IMG/VR virus record: IMGVR_UViG_3300046615_000208
Coordinates: 64,001-128,000 of that record
DNA: 64,000 nucleotides
From: a virus
Lineage: Duplodnaviria; Caudoviricetes
Direction: 5' to 3' (one strand)
Shown piece after piece: positions 9,517-19,036 of this stretch. The notes below the pieces were generated by a model, which saw only the letters and a program-made list of their open reading frames with translations, did no database searches and had not been told where the DNA came from. The position numbers and the translations under genes are program-made. Each line of letters opens with the position of its first letter. Position 1 is the stretch's first letter.

Positions 9517-9857
9517 TGGACAAGGAAACGGAACGTTTGGGGAAGTCTGCGGCAGAGTGGCTACAGAGTGAGGTGGACGGCGGTGAGCTTGTGCGTATGC
9601 TGGTGGACCGCTCGGACCTACAGGATTTGCTGGACTACGTCAAGGCTCTGGAGGAACCGCCTGTGAAGGTGACCACAGATGTTTACCTGATGGGGGAGTG
9701 GTACAAGACGATTCTGAAGGTGGACCTGACGAGGGACCAGAAGGAACTCTTGAAGGGACTGGAAGAGCGATGCGGAGAGTGGAGTACTAGGCTGGAAGTG
9801 CGTGACCACAACCCGGACTACCCCCTGCCCAACTGGAAAGGATACACAAGGAAGTGA
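9516..9857 (+). CDS. hypothetical protein
   Basis: TAATG coupling. Confidence 0.7.
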   Translation: MDKETERLGKSAAEWLQSEVDGGELVRMLVDRSDLQDLLDYVKALEEPPVKVTTDVYLMGEWYKTILKVDLTRDQKELLKGLEERCGEWSTRLEVRDHNPDYPLPNWKGYTRK

Positions 9858-10042
9858 TGCCTAAGTTCTTGCGTAGAGTGTCTGCCATTCTGCTCTACCT
9901 GCTCTTTACTGTGTTGGCAGGGATCGGCGGCGGGCTGATTATACACCTCGGACTGGGGCTGTATGTACTGTACCTGCTGTTCTTGTTCTTCGTGGCGGGC
10001 CGTATTTTGACGGAGACTTGCATGACATTGTGGGAAATGTAG
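9854..10042 (+). CDS. small membrane protein (2 TM)
   Basis: hydrophobic ORF. Confidence 0.65.
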   Translation: MMPKFLRRVSAILLYLLFTVLAGIGGGLIIHLGLGLYVLYLLFLFFVAGRILTETCMTLWEM

Positions 10043-10720
10043 GCAAGTCTGACTCGGTCGGATTCGTTTTTCGAGGGGTGTTTTCGGGGTGTTTTGGGGT
10101 CAAAATCTTATCAAACTGCTCTCTCTGGCTGGTGTCGGAGGGGGCAGTTTTTCTATAGTATTAGTGTAACAAGTAGGTAACGGGGCCAGTACTGGGGCGG
10201 CAGGATGGGGCAAAAATTTATAGTGTTTGTGAGACACGAACGGTTCTGGCTGGAGGGCTGGTTGACGCTTAAATGTGTAGGTTGAGGGGTGTTTCTTACT
10301 ACAATAAGGGTGTTTACCATGTCTAACATGGTTTGCTAGAGTAGGTGAGTAGTGAGTTAAACATCTTTTAAAGTATGTAGGTTTGAGGGGATGTTAGAGT
10401 CGTTTTGAGAAGCTCGGAAGTAAGGTCGTTTCCTACTAAATCAAAGGGTTTTGGATCGGTTGACCCTCTGGTTTGGGGCCAAAAACCCTCTAATTCTCTA
10501 CTATTACTTACTACTATTTTTTACTAACTCTTACTTAGTAAGTAGTAAGAAGTATGTATATACTTCTTACTAGGTGGGTTTACGTTGGGACCTCTTATAA
10601 ACGTATTTTCGTCTCTTTTTGTATGCCACGGCTGTCGGGCTTGAAACCACTTAGTAAGACTGGGTGGTTGAGGGAGTGAGGGGTTGACAAGTGAGTGACG
10701 GAGTGACATACTAGGAAACT
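10043..10720. other. long AT-rich non-coding region, candidate replication origin
   Basis: about 680 bp without a credible ORF; 13-bp inverted repeat 10543-10572; imperfect direct repeats TGTAGGTT(T)GAGGGG. Confidence 0.4.
10094..10153 (+). terminator. intrinsic terminator
   Basis: AAACTGCTCTCTCTGGC...GTCGGAGGGGGCAGTTT followed by T run. Confidence 0.6.
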
Positions 10721-10794
10721 GGGTGATTTGCTTTCGGTCCTCTCTTGTGGTAGAATTGATCTATAAGTTAAGGAACAAGAGATTGGAGGCTGTT

Positions 10795-11127
10795 GTGGCC
10801 GAAGAGAACAAATATGTAGAAGGCAAGAAGAATTCCCGAGCCACTAAGACAGCCCGTAAGCTGTGGGTTGAGGACAAGATTCGTACCTACCAGCGTGAGC
10901 TTGAAGGGCTGGACATCGAGATTGGTTCGGACGACAAGGTTATCACAAAGCTGGAGAGGTTGGACTCGGAACGTTCCTCTTTGCTGGAGAGTCAGGCATC
11001 TGCACAGCGACGGATGACGGAGTTGGAGGGTGAAGCATTCGATGCTACACTGGACACCTACATGGCTATCAAGTCCAAGGTTGCGAAGGTTGAAGCTGAG
11101 ATGAGGTCAGCCTACTATGGACGATAG
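10795..11127 (+). CDS. coiled-coil hypothetical protein
   Basis: GGAGG RBS before GTG. Confidence 0.7.
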   Translation: MAEENKYVEGKKNSRATKTARKLWVEDKIRTYQRELEGLDIEIGSDDKVITKLERLDSERSSLLESQASAQRRMTELEGEAFDATLDTYMAIKSKVAKVEAEMRSAYYGR

Positions 11128-11557
11128 GGAAGCACTCGCACGCGTTGCCAAGATGAAGGCCGACAAGGAAGCCGCCAAAGCTAAGAAGGAAGCAGACCGT
11201 AAGACTTTCCTGAGCTTTGATCTCCCTCTCGAAGAGATGCTGAGGCAGAGCAGGGCACGTAAGAACTACATGGCCTCCCACCGGTTTGATATGAGTATCC
11301 CGGATACACTGGAGTGGGGGCTACCTGCGAGAGCGGCCTCACGTCACCAACAGTTTGAAGATAACATCAGGCAGTATGAACAAGCCGAGGCTTTGTATCA
11401 GGCGGCTCTGAGAAACGGAGACCCAGACCTGATCAAGGAACATCGTAAGGAAGCTGACAAGCGTTTGTCAATTTGTCTGTTCGCTTCCTACGCTGTTGGA
11501 ATGTTGTACAGACAGTTTGTTGACGGTGCACAAAGGAGAGCAGGTTTGGATGGATGA
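11117..11557 (+). CDS. hypothetical protein
   Basis: 146-aa ORF, overlapping coupling. Confidence 0.75.
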   Translation: MDDREALARVAKMKADKEAAKAKKEADRKTFLSFDLPLEEMLRQSRARKNYMASHRFDMSIPDTLEWGLPARAASRHQQFEDNIRQYEQAEALYQAALRNGDPDLIKEHRKEADKRLSICLFASYAVGMLYRQFVDGAQRRAGLDG

Positions 11558-12101
11558 CGACGAAGAACAGGTGACAGGGTTTGCTCGCGGAGCGGGTGTT
11601 GTGATAACCTGTGATGTTCCGGAGGGTACCGAGAAGTACATCGGGTATGTGATTGGGATGGACGACCTGTATCTCTACGCTCGGGTGACCCACACGTGGG
11701 GTGAGCGGGTGGCTGAGGTTACCGAGGAAAGTGTATCGGTACTGAAGGGCATGCTCATGCAGAGGCCGGTATGGTTGCTTCGGGTGCAGGTTCTGTCTAA
11801 GGGGATTATGCCCCTGTGGTTGAACAAGGAACAACTGGTTGAGGTGTTGTCGGATGTGATGCAGGGAGAGGCTGTGAGACAGGCTGGACCGCAGGGAGGA
11901 TTCATTGCTGAAGTGTTGCCTACGGAAATGAGTCTGCCGCACTTCTCGGTTCGGAACATCAAGTCTTTGGCGGATGTGATGGCGGGATCGGTTTTGACCA
12001 GTCTTGACTTTGCACCGGAACTAACGTATACTGAAGAGTCGGACGTAGAGGAAGGTGACCATGGAGACAAAGGCACAGAAGGCCCTGCGAGTGGTGACTA
12101 A
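11550..12101 (+). CDS. hypothetical protein
   Basis: long ORF, coupled to upstream gene. Confidence 0.75.
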   Translation: MDDDEEQVTGFARGAGVVITCDVPEGTEKYIGYVIGMDDLYLYARVTHTWGERVAEVTEESVSVLKGMLMQRPVWLLRVQVLSKGIMPLWLNKEQLVEVLSDVMQGEAVRQAGPQGGFIAEVLPTEMSLPHFSVRNIKSLADVMAGSVLTSLDFAPELTYTEESDVEEGDHGDKGTEGPASGD

Positions 12102-12276
12102 CATCAACTGGTTCATCTTCGGGGCGGTGTTCGGGAGCGTAGGAATGTTTCTCATCACCGGAGGTACAGGCTGGGCGGTAGTCGGATTCGTGTCGGCGTT
12201 CCTGTTTGGAATGGGAACCGCCGCCGTATCTGGGGCCAAATCAATTGTAAGCAGAGAAGAAGTCAAGGAAAGGTAG
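12061..12276 (+). CDS. small membrane protein (2 TM)
   Basis: hydrophobic helices. Confidence 0.65.
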   Translation: METKAQKALRVVTNINWFIFGAVFGSVGMFLITGGTGWAVVGFVSAFLFGMGTAAVSGAKSIVSREEVKER

Positions 12277-12279
12277 AGC

Positions 12280-13119
12280 ATGGAATTTGAAATCGGAGAT
12301 AAGGTAAAGACCATCACAGGCCTGTACATGTCTGGAGCATGGCGCGAGGCGGGTCTGAAGGGTAAGGTTCTCGAAAGCCCGAACGAGTACGGATCGCTGA
12401 CCGTGAAGTTCAAGGGCATGGACGAGCATCGTCTCATCCGTCCGGAGTACGTCGTCCTTCGGAAGAAGGCGGCAGAGACGGACACTGAAGCTGTGGCGGA
12501 AGAGGAATCGGAAGACCTAAAGGCCTATTACGACGCTCACCGTTTTGTTGAGGATGAGTCGAAGATTACCCCCGGAGCAACGGTAGTGGTGGTCGGAGAT
12601 GTGGAGACCAATGACAACTATATCGAAGAGCTTACTACCGGGGTTATCAAGTCCGTTGACACCACGGATAGGACGGCTGTTGTGAAACTCACGGATGAGG
12701 GCGCGGACTTCCACTACACTGATACCCTGAAGTTTGACGAGTTCACGGTTGTGGATGCTGCATCGGAGGCCGGGTATTCCCCTGAGGTTGTCGAGGCGCT
12801 GAATCAGATTCTGGCGAACATCGAAGAGATCAAGGAACTGCTGACCACCAAGCCGCAGAACGAGTTCCACATCTACACGTCCGAAGCGTCTTTTGTAACT
12901 CCTGAGAAGGAGGAAGAGCCAGCACCGGAGCCTGTCTTCAAGAAGGCTAAGGAAGTCAAGGTGGGCGATATGCTGTACACCGACGAGGGTGCGTACGATA
13001 AGGTGCACCGCGTTGAGACCAAGTCCAGCGGGTATACGTCGCTGTTCGGGGCATTCGGGAACAAGATCGTTCAGGTACCTTCGGCCCGACCGCTGAGGGT
13101 TCTGGAAGAAGTTTCGTAA
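12280..13119 (+). CDS. multi-SH3-like domain acidic protein
   Basis: FEIGDKVK..., ITPGATVV..., VKVGDMLY repeats. Confidence 0.8.
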   Translation: MEFEIGDKVKTITGLYMSGAWREAGLKGKVLESPNEYGSLTVKFKGMDEHRLIRPEYVVLRKKAAETDTEAVAEEESEDLKAYYDAHRFVEDESKITPGATVVVVGDVETNDNYIEELTTGVIKSVDTTDRTAVVKLTDEGADFHYTDTLKFDEFTVVDAASEAGYSPEVVEALNQILANIEEIKELLTTKPQNEFHIYTSEASFVTPEKEEEPAPEPVFKKAKEVKVGDMLYTDEGAYDKVHRVETKSSGYTSLFGAFGNKIVQVPSARPLRVLEEVS

Positions 13120-13159
13120 GGACTTGACAGAAGGGCCGTGAGCAGGTAAAGTTACATAC

Positions 13160-13777
13160 ATGGAAATCATTTTGAGCCTCATGTTTGTTACACCGTTGCT
13201 CACGGCCCTTCTTCTTGCTTTGGGGGCCATTGGCAAGCCAACCCGCAAGCGCCTGTACAAGGTGGCACGAGCGCACTGGGCACCCAAGTTCAAGCGAAAG
13301 TCTCTGGCACCTTCCATCGTCCCGGAAGGACTGGTGAAGCTCGAACCCCGCAACAAGGACTGGGGTCCGGACGGGCGGCTGACCCAGATGTGGAATGACG
13401 CGTTCGAGTACTGGCAGTTGGAGGACCCGAAGGGTACACTGGAATCGTACCGGATCAAACAGCACGAGTGGGAACAGAAGCGGCTCGCGTTGCAGCAAAG
13501 GATCAGCGTGGGGGAAGCGGCCTACAACCTGTACGTCAATGGACGCGGACGCGGAAACCTTAATGACGCTGTGGAGGGCAAGATGAAGGCCGACAAGGCA
13601 CGAGACGACCTGCGCTCCCATGGTACTGGGCCTAAGTCTCTTACCTCAGCCGAGCGTGTTGTGGCTGGGCTTGCGAAGCGCTACGGTGCTGAGGTATTCT
13701 ACAACAACGACATGGTCCGACTGTCTGCACAGAAGAACATGCCGACATTTGACTACATCGCACTGACTAGTGTATGA
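13160..13777 (+). CDS. N-terminally anchored membrane protein
   Basis: N-terminal TM; TTGACA-17-TAAAGT promoter just upstream (leaderless). Confidence 0.75.
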   Translation: MEIILSLMFVTPLLTALLLALGAIGKPTRKRLYKVARAHWAPKFKRKSLAPSIVPEGLVKLEPRNKDWGPDGRLTQMWNDAFEYWQLEDPKGTLESYRIKQHEWEQKRLALQQRISVGEAAYNLYVNGRGRGNLNDAVEGKMKADKARDDLRSHGTGPKSLTSAERVVAGLAKRYGAEVFYNNDMVRLSAQKNMPTFDYIALTSV

Positions 13778-13809
13778 TGGTTACACCAACGAACAAGAAA
13801 AGGAAACAC

Positions 13810-14142
13810 ATGACTAACGCAACTGGTAGCAACAACATCGTAGGACTTCTCGGAGGTCTGGCGGATGTCATCGAGACGGTGGTGGAGATTGCAGAGCAGA
13901 AGCTCTCGGACTTCATGGAGGGCGAAGAGACCGACAAGTCGATGATGGAAGAGCCGGGGGAGCGTGTCACCTATAAGCACGTGGCAGAGCTTGGTCTGGC
14001 TGACGCACTGATTCTCGATGACGGAAGCTGGCAGGTCATGGGTGTCCAGAGTGACGGGTTCGATCATGACATCGTGTCGGTGACGCTGGAGAACGGTGAA
14101 AGCTACGACCTGATCCGTTCGTCTCTGGTGCGTGTGGTGTGA
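13810..14142 (+). CDS. hypothetical protein
   Basis: AAAGGA RBS. Confidence 0.75.
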   Translation: MTNATGSNNIVGLLGGLADVIETVVEIAEQKLSDFMEGEETDKSMMEEPGERVTYKHVAELGLADALILDDGSWQVMGVQSDGFDHDIVSVTLENGESYDLIRSSLVRVV

Positions 14143-14633
14143 GCGCACGGAAGTTTGCAGACGGCGACCGGGTCATTGTCTCACAGACGGTGGACGACTC
14201 GGACAAGCAGTACTCCGGTAAGATCGGTACCGTGACCTCCCTAAGCCACCGGAACAGGGATATGGATGTCTACTACGTGGCGTTGGATGATAGGGCGGCG
14301 GAGGGCTACGAGCTTGCCTTCTACGATCAGGACCTGCTCCCGTATGACGGACTGGAAGCACTCCGGGAAGAGCTTGCACAGGCAGAGGCCAAGGTGGTAT
14401 CCTTGAAAGAGGCGATCAAGCTGAAGGAGCGGAACGCCGCAGAGCTTCCCGTTGCCTCTGTGGTGTCCTACAAGGACACCTATGGTCCTGCGGCCATGAC
14501 CAAGCAGTCGGATGATATCTGGCTGAACATCTTCCCGACCCAGCACGGTAATGCGAATACGGAGTATCTGAGCGACTACAAGGTCACCCAGTTGCTCATC
14601 AACAATGCGAGTGCTGTAGTCCGAAAGCCCTAG
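14139..14633 (+). CDS. SH3/KOW-like + coiled-coil protein
   Basis: KFADGDRVIV...YSGKIGTV. Confidence 0.75.
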   Translation: MSARKFADGDRVIVSQTVDDSDKQYSGKIGTVTSLSHRNRDMDVYYVALDDRAAEGYELAFYDQDLLPYDGLEALREELAQAEAKVVSLKEAIKLKERNAAELPVASVVSYKDTYGPAAMTKQSDDIWLNIFPTQHGNANTEYLSDYKVTQLLINNASAVVRKP

Positions 14634-14863
14634 ACAAAACCACCGAGAGGTGGTAAACTAGAGAATGTAAACGAAGGAACTTATCGTTAAGCGAAGGGAG
14701 GAATCATGTAGATGAACTGAAACCGCTGGAAAGACTGCATGGCGCAGGGGCGGAGCAAGACAACTAATAATAGGCTTACCTTAATGTAACGGTTTGACGG
14801 ACGAGGCACCTAGGCTAGTGGAATCCATGGCCTAAGGTGCCTCTCCCATTTGGAAGGAAGAGG

Positions 14864-15151
14864 ATGAAGAGAAACACTATTTCAATGTTGCTGGCAATAC
14901 TGCTGGTTATCCCTATCGCACCAGTACTGTATGCACTTCTGGGTGGCGGATTGGTGGGAAGCGTGGCGTGTCTCCTGCTGGGTGTAGTGACTGCCGCATG
15001 CATGATCAGAGCAGTCAACGGGACGGTAGAGGTCTATAACTGGATCAAGCACCGTAACGTACACATAGAAGAGCCTAAGCCTATGCCTGTACCCCAGCAC
15101 ACTGCCTATGAGATCGACTGGACAAAGATCACCAAGGATGATAGACTGTAG
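14864..15151 (+). CDS. membrane protein (2 TM)
   Basis: hydrophobic N-terminal half; RBS. Confidence 0.7.
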   Translation: MKRNTISMLLAILLVIPIAPVLYALLGGGLVGSVACLLLGVVTAACMIRAVNGTVEVYNWIKHRNVHIEEPKPMPVPQHTAYEIDWTKITKDDRL

Positions 15152-15153
15152 TC

Positions 15154-15438
15154 ATGGAAACAGTAGACAAGAGGACCGAAGAGCAGGAAGGCTTTCTTCA
15201 CCTTCAGGAACCGACCAAGTTCGTTGTGGATGACCGCGTGAGCATGTTCGTACAGGATGGGGAGGTTACCTTCATCGACCACGAGACGGGTGATTCCGTC
15301 ACCATGTCCGAATGGAACTTCTCGGAGGTTGACCTCGCCTATCTTTATGTTAGGCTTGAGGAAAAGAATCCAACGCTCAAGGCCAACCGTCTTGAGCGCG
15401 AGGCGTACGAAGCAGAACAGGAGCAGAACAATGATTAG
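15154..15438 (+). CDS. hypothetical protein
   Basis: ORF, packed. Confidence 0.7.
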   Translation: METVDKRTEEQEGFLHLQEPTKFVVDDRVSMFVQDGEVTFIDHETGDSVTMSEWNFSEVDLAYLYVRLEEKNPTLKANRLEREAYEAEQEQNND

Positions 15439-15631
15439 TGCATCGCGCAAGTATGAACTGGAAATGATCGCGGACAATGAGATTCGGTACCGAGGATTCA
15501 ACTCCGGTGAGGCGTACCTCAAGAAGACCTACGCCATCTACGACCTGACGGACGGAGAGGCGCAGGCTGTCAGCTTCCTCATCCGGAACGCAGTCATTGA
15601 TTTCCCGCCATTCCCCCAGCACTTGGTCTGA
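15431..15631 (+). CDS. hypothetical protein
   Basis: AGGAG RBS. Confidence 0.65.
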   Translation: MISASRKYELEMIADNEIRYRGFNSGEAYLKKTYAIYDLTDGEAQAVSFLIRNAVIDFPPFPQHLV

Positions 15632-15661
15632 CAACCGCCCACAAGAAAGGTATTACATTTA

Positions 15662-15883
15662 ATGGCAGAACACCTATTGACAGAAAAAGAAGTAACGGGA
15701 TTCCAGACGGGTGACTACGTAGAGTCCTACTACAACGGCTCACGGTACACAGGTGTGTTGGGTGAGATCAACACCCAATGGATGTTCGCACAGTTGCGTA
15801 TGTCTCCGGGAGTTGATATGATCCTCCCGCTGAGTACGATGGCCGTCATCCCGGAAGAGGAATTTGATGAACTGGACGGATAG
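15662..15883 (+). CDS. SH3-like small protein
   Basis: FQTGDYVE. Confidence 0.65.
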   Translation: MAEHLLTEKEVTGFQTGDYVESYYNGSRYTGVLGEINTQWMFAQLRMSPGVDMILPLSTMAVIPEEEFDELDG

Positions 15884-16052
15884 CGAGAAGAAGCATGCCG
15901 ATGAGGTAGCATGGGACATGGACCTCATGGAACGGGCACGTAAGCTTGTGGACATGGACGATACGGCTTACGACACGCAGACCGTGTTGGAGACAGTGCA
16001 CGAGACTTATCAGGGTGGCATTGTCCAGTTCCACTTGCAGAACCGGTTCTAA
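15867..16052 (+). CDS. hypothetical protein
   Basis: GAGGA RBS. Confidence 0.6.
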   Translation: MNWTDSEKKHADEVAWDMDLMERARKLVDMDDTAYDTQTVLETVHETYQGGIVQFHLQNRF

Positions 16053-16237
16053 TGCGTTACCTTGTAAAGAGCAGGATCGTAATAGTAGACCCGTTCGAGG
16101 ACACGCCGGTTATTGCATCAGCCCACCGGTTCAAGTTCTCAGCCCTAGCACAGTCTAGGATGATGAACAAGCTCAACAAAGAGTTCATTATCCAGTGGTA
16201 CGTACTTGACACAAAGACTATGAAGAAGTATGTTTAA
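16052..16237 (+). CDS. hypothetical protein
   Basis: TAATG coupling. Confidence 0.6.
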   Translation: MRYLVKSRIVIVDPFEDTPVIASAHRFKFSALAQSRMMNKLNKEFIIQWYVLDTKTMKKYV

Positions 16238-16268
16238 GTAACAAGCCAACGCAAAGGAAAGGGACATC

Positions 16269-16670
16269 ATGTTCGTAGCAGGAGACGTAGTAAAGAACAA
16301 GCTCAACAGCAAGCTCGCCACCGTCACTGACGTACTGAAGGGTGACATGATCCGGGTCCGGTTCGATGGGGACACTGGCACGGTCGAACTCCACGCGTCC
16401 CGGTTCCAAGCACATACGGGTCCGAACTTCGAACAGCCGTTCGAACACGTTGATCCCGAGACCTTCAAGAAGGGTGACTACATTCAGGTCACAGACGGCA
16501 ATGGGGTGACCGTCAAGGGTGCCGCTCTTACCGAACTGAACACGTCCGGGTATGCGACCTTCGACCTGCTGACCGATGACGGACGGTACCTTGACTTCAA
16601 CAACAACTACGTCAACGTCAACGTCTTGTTCCGTGCAGACATCGCACGCGGTCAGATGCCTGCGTACTGA
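16269..16670 (+). CDS. tandem SH3-like domain protein
   Basis: FVAGDVV / FKKGDYI repeats. Confidence 0.75.
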   Translation: MFVAGDVVKNKLNSKLATVTDVLKGDMIRVRFDGDTGTVELHASRFQAHTGPNFEQPFEHVDPETFKKGDYIQVTDGNGVTVKGAALTELNTSGYATFDLLTDDGRYLDFNNNYVNVNVLFRADIARGQMPAY

Positions 16671-16721
16671 GGTTACAAAAAGCGCATATGGTATCATGGT
16701 ATAAGCCTACTAAGGAGAACC

Positions 16722-17390
16722 ATGGTACGACACCGCGCAAACCTACGAGACCGAGTAAGGACATGGTGGGACAAGAAGCCTGTGTCCCCTGTAGTTCTTC
16801 CGATTGTAGGAGGGGTATTGTCAGTCCTGTTGTTGATAGGGCTGGCATTAACCATTCCTCCGATCATCCACGACATCATCACGCCCAAGGTACCGGAGAA
16901 GACTACCCAACAGACGACGCCCACACCGGAGCAGAGTCTTCCGCCTGTGTTGCAGGTGCCTACTACACAGCCAAGCCCTAAGGCCACACAGGAACCTGTA
17001 CCTGTTCAGGCACCACAACCGGTAGCACCGGGGCCTCAGAACATTCCAGAGCCTGTAGCTCCACAGCCAGTGCCCGTACAGCCGGTGCAACCCTTCCAGC
17101 CGCAACCTGTACCGCAGAAACCACAGCCGGTACCTGTACAACCACCGCAGGTACCACAGGTGCCACACCTACCACCGCTACCGCCTCTGTTGCCAGTACC
17201 ACAGCCACTGCCGTTGCCATTACCATTGCCAAGTCTTCCAGAGGTCCTAGAGCCTGTTGTACCACCTATCCTAGGTCCGGTATTGGAGAAGCCACTGGAC
17301 ACACTAGATAAGGCTGTGGGAGGCACGCTGGACACAGTTGATAAGACAGTGGACGGTGTCACCGGAATCGTCGGAGGATTACTTCCATAG
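16722..17390 (+). CDS. membrane-anchored Pro/Gln-rich protein
   Basis: one TM followed by PQP/PVP low-complexity stalk and LDTxDKxV repeats. Confidence 0.75.
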   Translation: MVRHRANLRDRVRTWWDKKPVSPVVLPIVGGVLSVLLLIGLALTIPPIIHDIITPKVPEKTTQQTTPTPEQSLPPVLQVPTTQPSPKATQEPVPVQAPQPVAPGPQNIPEPVAPQPVPVQPVQPFQPQPVPQKPQPVPVQPPQVPQVPHLPPLPPLLPVPQPLPLPLPLPSLPEVLEPVVPPILGPVLEKPLDTLDKAVGGTLDTVDKTVDGVTGIVGGLLP

Positions 17391-17452
17391 TTACAAGAAA
17401 CGCTTAGAGGCATCAGCTTGCGTAGCTGGTGCCTCTTTGCTATTCTAGAGGC

Positions 17453-17986
17453 ATGAGAACGAAATGCGTACTTTGTAACTGTCGGATCAAAGACCGCCAC
17501 GCGGAACGTAAGACCTGCTCTACCGAATGCCGAAGCTCGTACAAGTGGAAGATGCGGACCATGGCTAAACACCACGACCGAAGCACTTCCGGTCAGCGCC
17601 CCAGCTTCAAGCCCGAAGACTGGACAAGCATCCTGAACAGGCATGGCAGGCGTTGTGCGTACTGCGGTACCAAGAAGGGGAAGATGACAATGGACCATGT
17701 CCTACCGCTCTCACGTGGCGGACGACACTGTGTCTCCAACGTCGTCCCTGCTTGCGGCCAGTGCAACAAGACCAAGGCTGACATGACCCTCATGGAGTGG
17801 AAGCGGAAGAACCTGTACGATCTGCGTCCGTGGACCATGACCACCAACGGGATCAAGATGAAGCGAGCCAAGTCTGGTAAGCTGAACTCCACTCCGCTCT
17901 TCGAGCAGATGCTGAGGGAGATGGCTGACAGGGCGCTTCTGGAGAAGTACCCGCTGACAGTTGACTACACTGACATACTGGTGTAA
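17453..17986 (+). CDS. HNH endonuclease
   Basis: CAYCG...TMDHVLPLSRGG...SNVVPACGQCNKTK; N-terminal CxxC...CxxxC; leaderless after TTGCGT-17-TATTCT. Confidence 0.9.
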   Translation: MRTKCVLCNCRIKDRHAERKTCSTECRSSYKWKMRTMAKHHDRSTSGQRPSFKPEDWTSILNRHGRRCAYCGTKKGKMTMDHVLPLSRGGRHCVSNVVPACGQCNKTKADMTLMEWKRKNLYDLRPWTMTTNGIKMKRAKSGKLNSTPLFEQMLREMADRALLEKYPLTVDYTDILV

Positions 17987-18017
17987 GCTGGAGGTAAGAC
18001 TAGAGAAAGGACAACTT

Positions 18018-18392
18018 ATGTTCGGGCGCAACAAGGGTAGGGGTTCCTATCCTGACCCGCCACAGGAGGCACCACGCCAGCGTATGCGGGCCTCATTCGG
18101 TGGCAGTAGGGGAGAGGATGTAATCTCCCGTAGGCTGGACCGACAGGACCCGGTACCGACTCCAGAAGAAAAGTCTGCGGCACTGGAAGCAATCATCAAC
18201 GCTGTACGTACAGCACAGGAACTGGGAGCATCACCGCACGAGGTTGACTCCGCTGTTCGTGGGTTCAACGTAGCAGTTACAAGAAACGCACAGGAAGGAT
18301 ATAACAATGGCGGACTACTACCCGAAGAGCCGTACGGATCACATCGCCAAGGCGATGAAGCTGGACCCCATCAAGGAGGAAATGGCTTCTAA
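18018..18392 (+). CDS. hypothetical protein
   Basis: AAAGGA RBS. Confidence 0.6.
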   Translation: MFGRNKGRGSYPDPPQEAPRQRMRASFGGSRGEDVISRRLDRQDPVPTPEEKSAALEAIINAVRTAQELGASPHEVDSAVRGFNVAVTRNAQEGYNNGGLLPEEPYGSHRQGDEAGPHQGGNGF

Positions 18393-18534
18393 GATTTACG
18401 CCGAACGGTACTCCGACTGCTTCTGCCGAGAGGATCACGACATCAATCCGCCGTGCGGGTCTGTGGTGTGGGCACGAAAAAAGGTGGATGAAATCTTGGC
18501 AATCGCAGAGAAAGCTGGTATGCTGAAGTCATGA
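18307..18534 (+). CDS. hypothetical protein
   Basis: AAGGA RBS. Confidence 0.65.
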   Translation: MADYYPKSRTDHIAKAMKLDPIKEEMASKIYAERYSDCFCREDHDINPPCGSVVWARKKVDEILAIAEKAGMLKS

Positions 18535-18719
18535 AACAGCGAGTAGTAATCCAAGACCTGCACAGTGCCACCATGCCAGTGATCACAGAAATGATCGTGT
18601 CTGACGTCCAAGCCATAACAGGAGACCTGATCCGGTTCGAGCATGATAATGGTAGCGTTACCATCATCAACATCGCTTCGGGCTGGAATGTCTCCATCTC
18701 CGAATATGATGAAGACTGA
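18531..18719 (+). CDS. hypothetical protein
   Basis: ATGA overlap. Confidence 0.6.
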   Translation: MKQRVVIQDLHSATMPVITEMIVSDVQAITGDLIRFEHDNGSVTIINIASGWNVSISEYDED

Positions 18720-19032
18720 TATGAAGATCATGCGGAGCAACTACGACAAGGCGCACCGTTGTCCCGGATGGGCAGGCCCAGCCCTCAAGGGCATCGAGCC
18801 GTCCATCTGCGCCAGTGGGTCCTTTGCCAAAGAGTTCCACATCCAGCAGTACTGGTATAACAAGGACCCGTACTGGCGCTTCCATAAGTGCCGCACGTGT
18901 GGTACGGTTGTACTCCCCAGCAACTTCCGTAAGTTCGATCCGGTGTGGTGGAAGTTCGCCGCTCAACGGAAGTGGGACAACTGGAAGTACGAACGAGAAC
19001 TTGACAAACGGAACAAGAACAACCTAGAATAG
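18706..19032 (+). CDS. Zn-binding hypothetical protein
   Basis: HRC...C...HKCRTCG. Confidence 0.65.
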   Translation: MMKTDMKIMRSNYDKAHRCPGWAGPALKGIEPSICASGSFAKEFHIQQYWYNKDPYWRFHKCRTCGTVVLPSNFRKFDPVWWKFAAQRKWDNWKYERELDKRNKNNLE

Positions 19033-19036
19033 GAAC

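Noticed and set aside
12517-13458. 313-aa - strand ORF
   Set aside because: Antisense to two well-supported + strand genes
17036-17698. Cys/Gly-rich - strand ORF resembling a metallothionein or RiPP precursor
   Set aside because: It is the reverse complement of the Pro/Gln codon repeats in 16722..17390
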